Below are positions 59,601 to 64,000 of a stretch of 64,000 bases of DNA, one piece after another. The stretch lies in assembly GCF_000485595.1 (NCBI RefSeq), contig NW_014577074.1, forward strand, positions 619,110 through 683,109, in the 5' to 3' direction. The notes under the pieces are model-generated. The model searched no databases and had not been told where the DNA came from. It saw only the letters and a program-made list of their open reading frames with translations. Positions within the stretch are counted from its first letter, which is position 1. Each line of letters begins with the position of its first letter. The translations under genes were made by a program, and so were the position numbers. Source of the stretch: Priapulus caudatus (Eukaryota).

Positions 59601-62600
59601 AGACAGCATGTCAATTTTCTGGCCCTTTTGAATACAATCCCCCTCAAATATCTGACGATCTTTTACTTTCATAGGATAGTGATATGTGTGTACCTTATGT
59701 GGCAGTGAATTATTAGTGGCTTATTGAAGCATTAGATCTTTCAATGGGCAGCAGTCTCATTGTGTCATAGCAGCACTCAAAATCTTTGAATTTGAAACCT
59801 GGTATTATTTAATAACAAGTGAATGTATGATACCAGAAATATATAAGCAAACATTTATTATGCAATAAGTATCAATCTCTATGTATTAATCTCTTTAAAT
59901 CCAGTTTCACAAAATGAAAGAATGTTGCTGAAATTCCCCTGTCCAGTTGCTTTTTATATCCCATAACACTAACTGCATTAATTCTTGATAAATTTCAAGC
60001 TCATACAATTAGTAATAATAGTAATAGATAAAGTAATATGTAATATGATATTTTATGGTTTATCGTTGTTGGTTGTATTTTACTTGTATTTTTAGCTCAT
60101 CTGACGAAGTCAGATGCAGCTTGTAGAATTGCATGAATGTCCGTGCGTCCGTGCGTCCGTTCGTGCGTCAACAGTTGGGCACAAATCTTAACCGCTCGAC
60201 AAACGGTCACGATATTCGGGACGTGGGGGGGGGGGGATCGTGAAAAGGACTCAGGATGACAAATTTGGGGGTCAAGGGTCAAAGGTCAAAATGTGTAAAC
60301 GGAGGGGGAATATTTCCTCATTAACTTAAGGTATAGGAGGAAATACGGAATTGCGGCACAAATCTCAACGGCTCAACCTATGCTCTTAATATTCGGTGTA
60401 TAGTGTGATGGGCAGGAAACCCATCACCAGTGCAAAACTGGAGGTCACAGGTCAAAGAGCAGTGGGGGAAAGGTCAGCTATCAGACATTTTCTGAGGACA
60501 TGACCTAATGGACAGAGTGAAAAACTTTTTTGTTTCAGCGCTGACCTATTATTTTTATCACTTTATTGAAAGGACCATGAAATGTGCTTTCCACTGACGT
60601 GCGAAGAGTAAGTGTCTGATAACCTTTTGACCCTCAAGAGAAGGGTTAAACATGGATTCCTGAACTGCCTCAATGACGTCACAGTGTTGTCATATTCATG
60701 GCACATCCATAATCTAGAAACGCAATAAGCCTGGATAGCCGAACGCGTAGAGCACGAGCGTCACGGCTGAAAGGTCGTTGGATCAAATCCCATCTGATTT
60801 TTTATTATTTACCTGTTTTCTGTATTTTTATCTATTTAACTATTTTTCCAAATAATTTTTACAACAATTAATATATTAAAAAAAATAGGGTTAGGGTTAG
60901 GGTCACTTTGCACCATAAAACAGGAGTTTCAGGCACGCGATTTTTATCAACCAATGGGATTTGGGAGGTATACAGAATGCAGAAGGTTGCTGAAATGATG
61001 TGTACGCAACTGCGTATCTGCATATCTGCGCCTAACAATGGTGTCACTATGCACGACTTAAATGTTACGTTTATAACCATAGCAACAAACCTCAGATGAG
61101 CCCAGTCGCTCTGCGGCTCTTGTTTTTAAACCTTGTATAGCACATACAACTAATTTTTTTTCTAATTTTTTCTTCTAAATATGTTGAATTCTTAACTATT
61201 TGAAGCAGATATCAGAAGCCCACATTATAAGGAAGCAAATAAGCAGCTATATTTTGAGCAGTGTTTTGAGGTTGAATGTAAACTTGGAGAAGGGTCGTTT
61301 GGACAGGTAAAGTAAATTATAATAAATTACATAATAATTTATATCCCCATATATTTATATTATTATGTAGTTTTTCTGTGCAAAGTAATTATTCATTGAG
61401 AGTTTGATAGTATTGCTCACTGTTCAGATTGAATTTGTACTTTAATATTTCTAAATAATTTGATAGGTGTATAAAGTCAGAAGTAAGGAAGATGGCAGGT
61501 ACTATGCTGTGAAGAAATCTCAACAGAAATTTAGAGGAGAATCTGACCGGTAAAATACTAATGTTTTGGTATCTCATTTACTGTATTATTGCTTTTAATG
61601 GTGTTGTAAATTATCTGCCTATATGCCTATATATATAACATATAAGATTATATGCCTATCAAATCCACACTTTTGATGATTAATAGAAAAACTAACACTG
61701 TGTTGTTTATAAGTATGTTACCTTGCCGCCAAATTCATGTTAGTTTTTTCCGATTTCAATGATAGTTACCTTGCAATTTAATAGACAGTAAGATTTCACA
61801 CTGTCATTCATTGTTTGATATCTTGTGTATTTCATATATATACTAGTGTGTATTTATATTTACCTACACGTGTAGTTATCATTTGTCATTATTCAGGTTA
61901 CGGAAACTGGACGAAGTTCGCAAACATGAGGTTCTGCCTAAGCATGAAAACTGCGTTGAATTTTTTAAGGCATGGGAGGAGAAGCAGCAATTGTACATAC
62001 AGATTGAGCTGTGCCAAACTAGGTGATGTACATGCTGCTTTTTTTCGAATAATGTATATCCAAAATATATGTAATATGTGCATATGTGCTTACAGTGCTT
62101 ATTTAGCCTTTACGGAAACATTCTGTGTTTGTTTTGAGAGATATTGGTTTTGTTATGATTTTTGTAGTGTAACAGTTGATGGGATTTTTTCATTTCCGTG
62201 GCATCTATAATCTTGATTGTTGTATTAAGTGTACCAGTGGTTTTCTTCAGCTTGAGCAACTACTCGGAGATGAATCATGATATCCCAGAAACACTCATAT
62301 GGAACTACACAGTGGATCTTCTTCTCGTATGTTATTCTTTAAACTTCATTGATTTAATGCTAATTCATGAGCATGTATTATTATTTGTATGTAACTGTAG
62401 AAAAATTTCAAAAAAACTTTTAACCTTTTTAAAAGTATTTATATTCTATGTTGTATGTTACTAACACAGAAGTAAATGTGTAGATTGAGTTAAAGTATTA
62501 GTATAGCAGCTATACATAGACCATGTGTTTATAAAGCATTTCATTTTTCATTTCTCTTATATATAGGCTGTGAAGCACCTGCATGATCATGATCTCATTC

Positions 62601-63853
62601 ATATGGACATCAAACCAGACAACATATTTGTGTCACAGGATTGTGTTTGCAAGCTTGGAGATTTTGGTCTTGTGGTTGATTTAAAGAAGGTATGGCAATG
62701 AATGATGCAATAATATAATCACCATAGCCTAGACGTTAAAGTAATCATGTGCTTTCTTTTTTTGCTTAACTTTGAATATTAGAGGGATGAGTATGTACCC
62801 TCCACCAGTTCACTTAGTTTTTTGCTGCTTCACATTCTTAGTTATTCTCCTGTTCTATATTTGAGATTTACAAATGAAAGTGAACAGGTACTGATCGAGG
62901 AACATTAATAGATAAGCCTACCCAAGATTTTAAATAGTGGAATTGGAAATATTACAAACCTTTATTATTTAAATAATAGAAACATAACGATATAAGAGCG
63001 CAGTGTGAAACAGGATAATATATGGGAAAAGTGTGACGTGTGTTATCATGATAGATGACATTACATGCAGTGGAGCCACAGAATTGAGTACGTAAACATC
63101 ATGATTGATTAATCCATTTGTTATTGATTGGACAGGATCGTTTGTAATTATTATTGGTAGACATATATAGCCTATGTTATTTTTATGAATAGGGTGACAT
63201 ATCAGAGGCATTAGAAGGTGACCCAAAATACATGGCCCCAGAACTGATGGATGGCAAGTTTGGGAAAGCAGCTGATATCTTCAGGTATGTATGTATATAT
63301 ATATATATATATATATGGATGGCAGGTTCTTGTTCAGTCGGGCGGTTGGATGATTGCTAGGTTGGTTGTGCCCTCATGCGATTGGGCTGTTGGTTAGTCA
63401 GAAGGTGGATGTACAGATAGACACCGATGTATATTTGATATTTGGACACATTTGCTTACTTCACTATCACTTACTTTAGTGTGGATTCATATTGAGTTTG
63501 ACTAGTTTGTTTTTTAATTGATTTGTAGATAATCATTTTTATGTTTGCTGTGTTTTTTAGTCTGGGTACTTATTGGGCATGTAGTGTTCAGCTACGGTAG
63601 TGGTAAAGTTAGGTTATCAGACTCAATTTGTGCATATACAGTAATTCAAGTGTACAGTTGTTTTAATTTAGTGTGTATCTTGAATATGTAGCAATAGTCA
63701 TGTTATGCTTAATGGGGCATATTAAAGTATCTCGACATTGTTGTAGCCTCGGTGTGACTTTATTGGAACTTGCAACTGACTTGGACGTGCCCCGTGGTGG
63801 AGCTGCCTGGCACCTGCTCAGAAGTGGCAACATACCAAACTACATATTTAAAG
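56659..63853 (+). CDS. PKMYT1: Membrane-associated Tyr/Thr cdc2-inhibitory kinase Myt1; 3' end beyond the window
   Basis: Exons 56659-56730, 59291-59423, 61209-61306, 61467-61549, 61897-62022, 62251-62326, 62567-62689, 63193-63284, 63747-63853. [87 protein letters not shown]. Confidence 0.93.
57505..57865. mobile_element. Kolobok-like MITE (related degenerate copy near 27020-27930)
   Basis: TTAA|AGGGCCATTCTCCCTAT ... ATAGGGAGAATGCC; block gtccataaaaatattt..aaaagctgcctt shared with 27081-27130. Confidence 0.5.
58001..59194. mobile_element. Kolobok-like MITE (TTAA TSD, ~125-bp TIRs) containing a second Kolobok-like MITE (58133-58831, ~150-bp TIRs)
   Basis: TTAA|AGCTGCACTATGCGCATC...GATGCGCATAGTGCGGCT|TTAA; inner TTAA|AGGCATAATTCGACC...GGTCGAATTATGCCT|TTAA. 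Confidence 0.85.
59424..61208 (+). other. U12-type (minor spliceosome) GT-AG intron, PKMYT1 intron 2
   Basis: 5' splice site GTATCCTTT; branch site TTCTTAAC 61189-61196 ending 12 nt before the intron end; no polypyrimidine tract between branch and AG; splicing here keeps the frame (STSD-Y-IRSPHY). Confidence 0.85.
60093..61124 (+). mobile_element. HINE-like family 2 copy with a nested tRNA-like/TTAGGG-bearing element (~60717-61019)
   Basis: Family-2 termini; the insert shares ttagggttagggtcac..gcaccataaaa..gtttcaggcacg..caaccaatgggatttgggaggtat with ~22098-22200. Confidence 0.7.
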
Positions 63854-64000
63854 GTTTGAGAATGCATTAGTGGTTATGCTTTCCTGGTACAAAATTTATA
63901 CTTTATACCCGGCGCACACAGTGAGATTCGAGATCACCGTGTGCGCGGTCGATTTATGTGAGTTTTTGGCCTCACGAGGCGGTGAGGAAAATATCCGTTG

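Overview
AT-rich, intron-rich animal (probably marine invertebrate) genomic DNA with vertebrate-type TTAGGG repeats and one assembly gap (17039-17357). Most ORFs in the supplied track are spurious; the real genes are spliced and I reconstructed them by hand. Genes: (1) the first two coding exons of an IA-2/PTPRN-like receptor phosphatase (- strand, 17.4-kb first intron, continues off the left edge); (2) an RS-rich BCLAF1/THRAP3-like gene (+, 643 aa); (3) eIF6 (-, 245 aa); (4) MFAP1 (-); (5) a 5-exon secreted PAN/apple + F5/8-type-C (discoidin) gene nested antisense in MFAP1 intron 5; (6) PKMYT1/Myt1 kinase (+, head-to-head with MFAP1, runs off the right edge), whose second intron has U12 minor-spliceosome signals. 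Non-coding space is packed with transposon relics: a truncated CR1-like LINE, a Penelope-like remnant with inverted arms each carrying a minimal hammerhead ribozyme motif, several Helentron-associated (HINE-like) families, hAT/Harbinger/Kolobok/Tc1-like MITEs, and three MITE-like families carrying telomeric repeats. All family assignments come from motif recognition by eye; no database searches were run.
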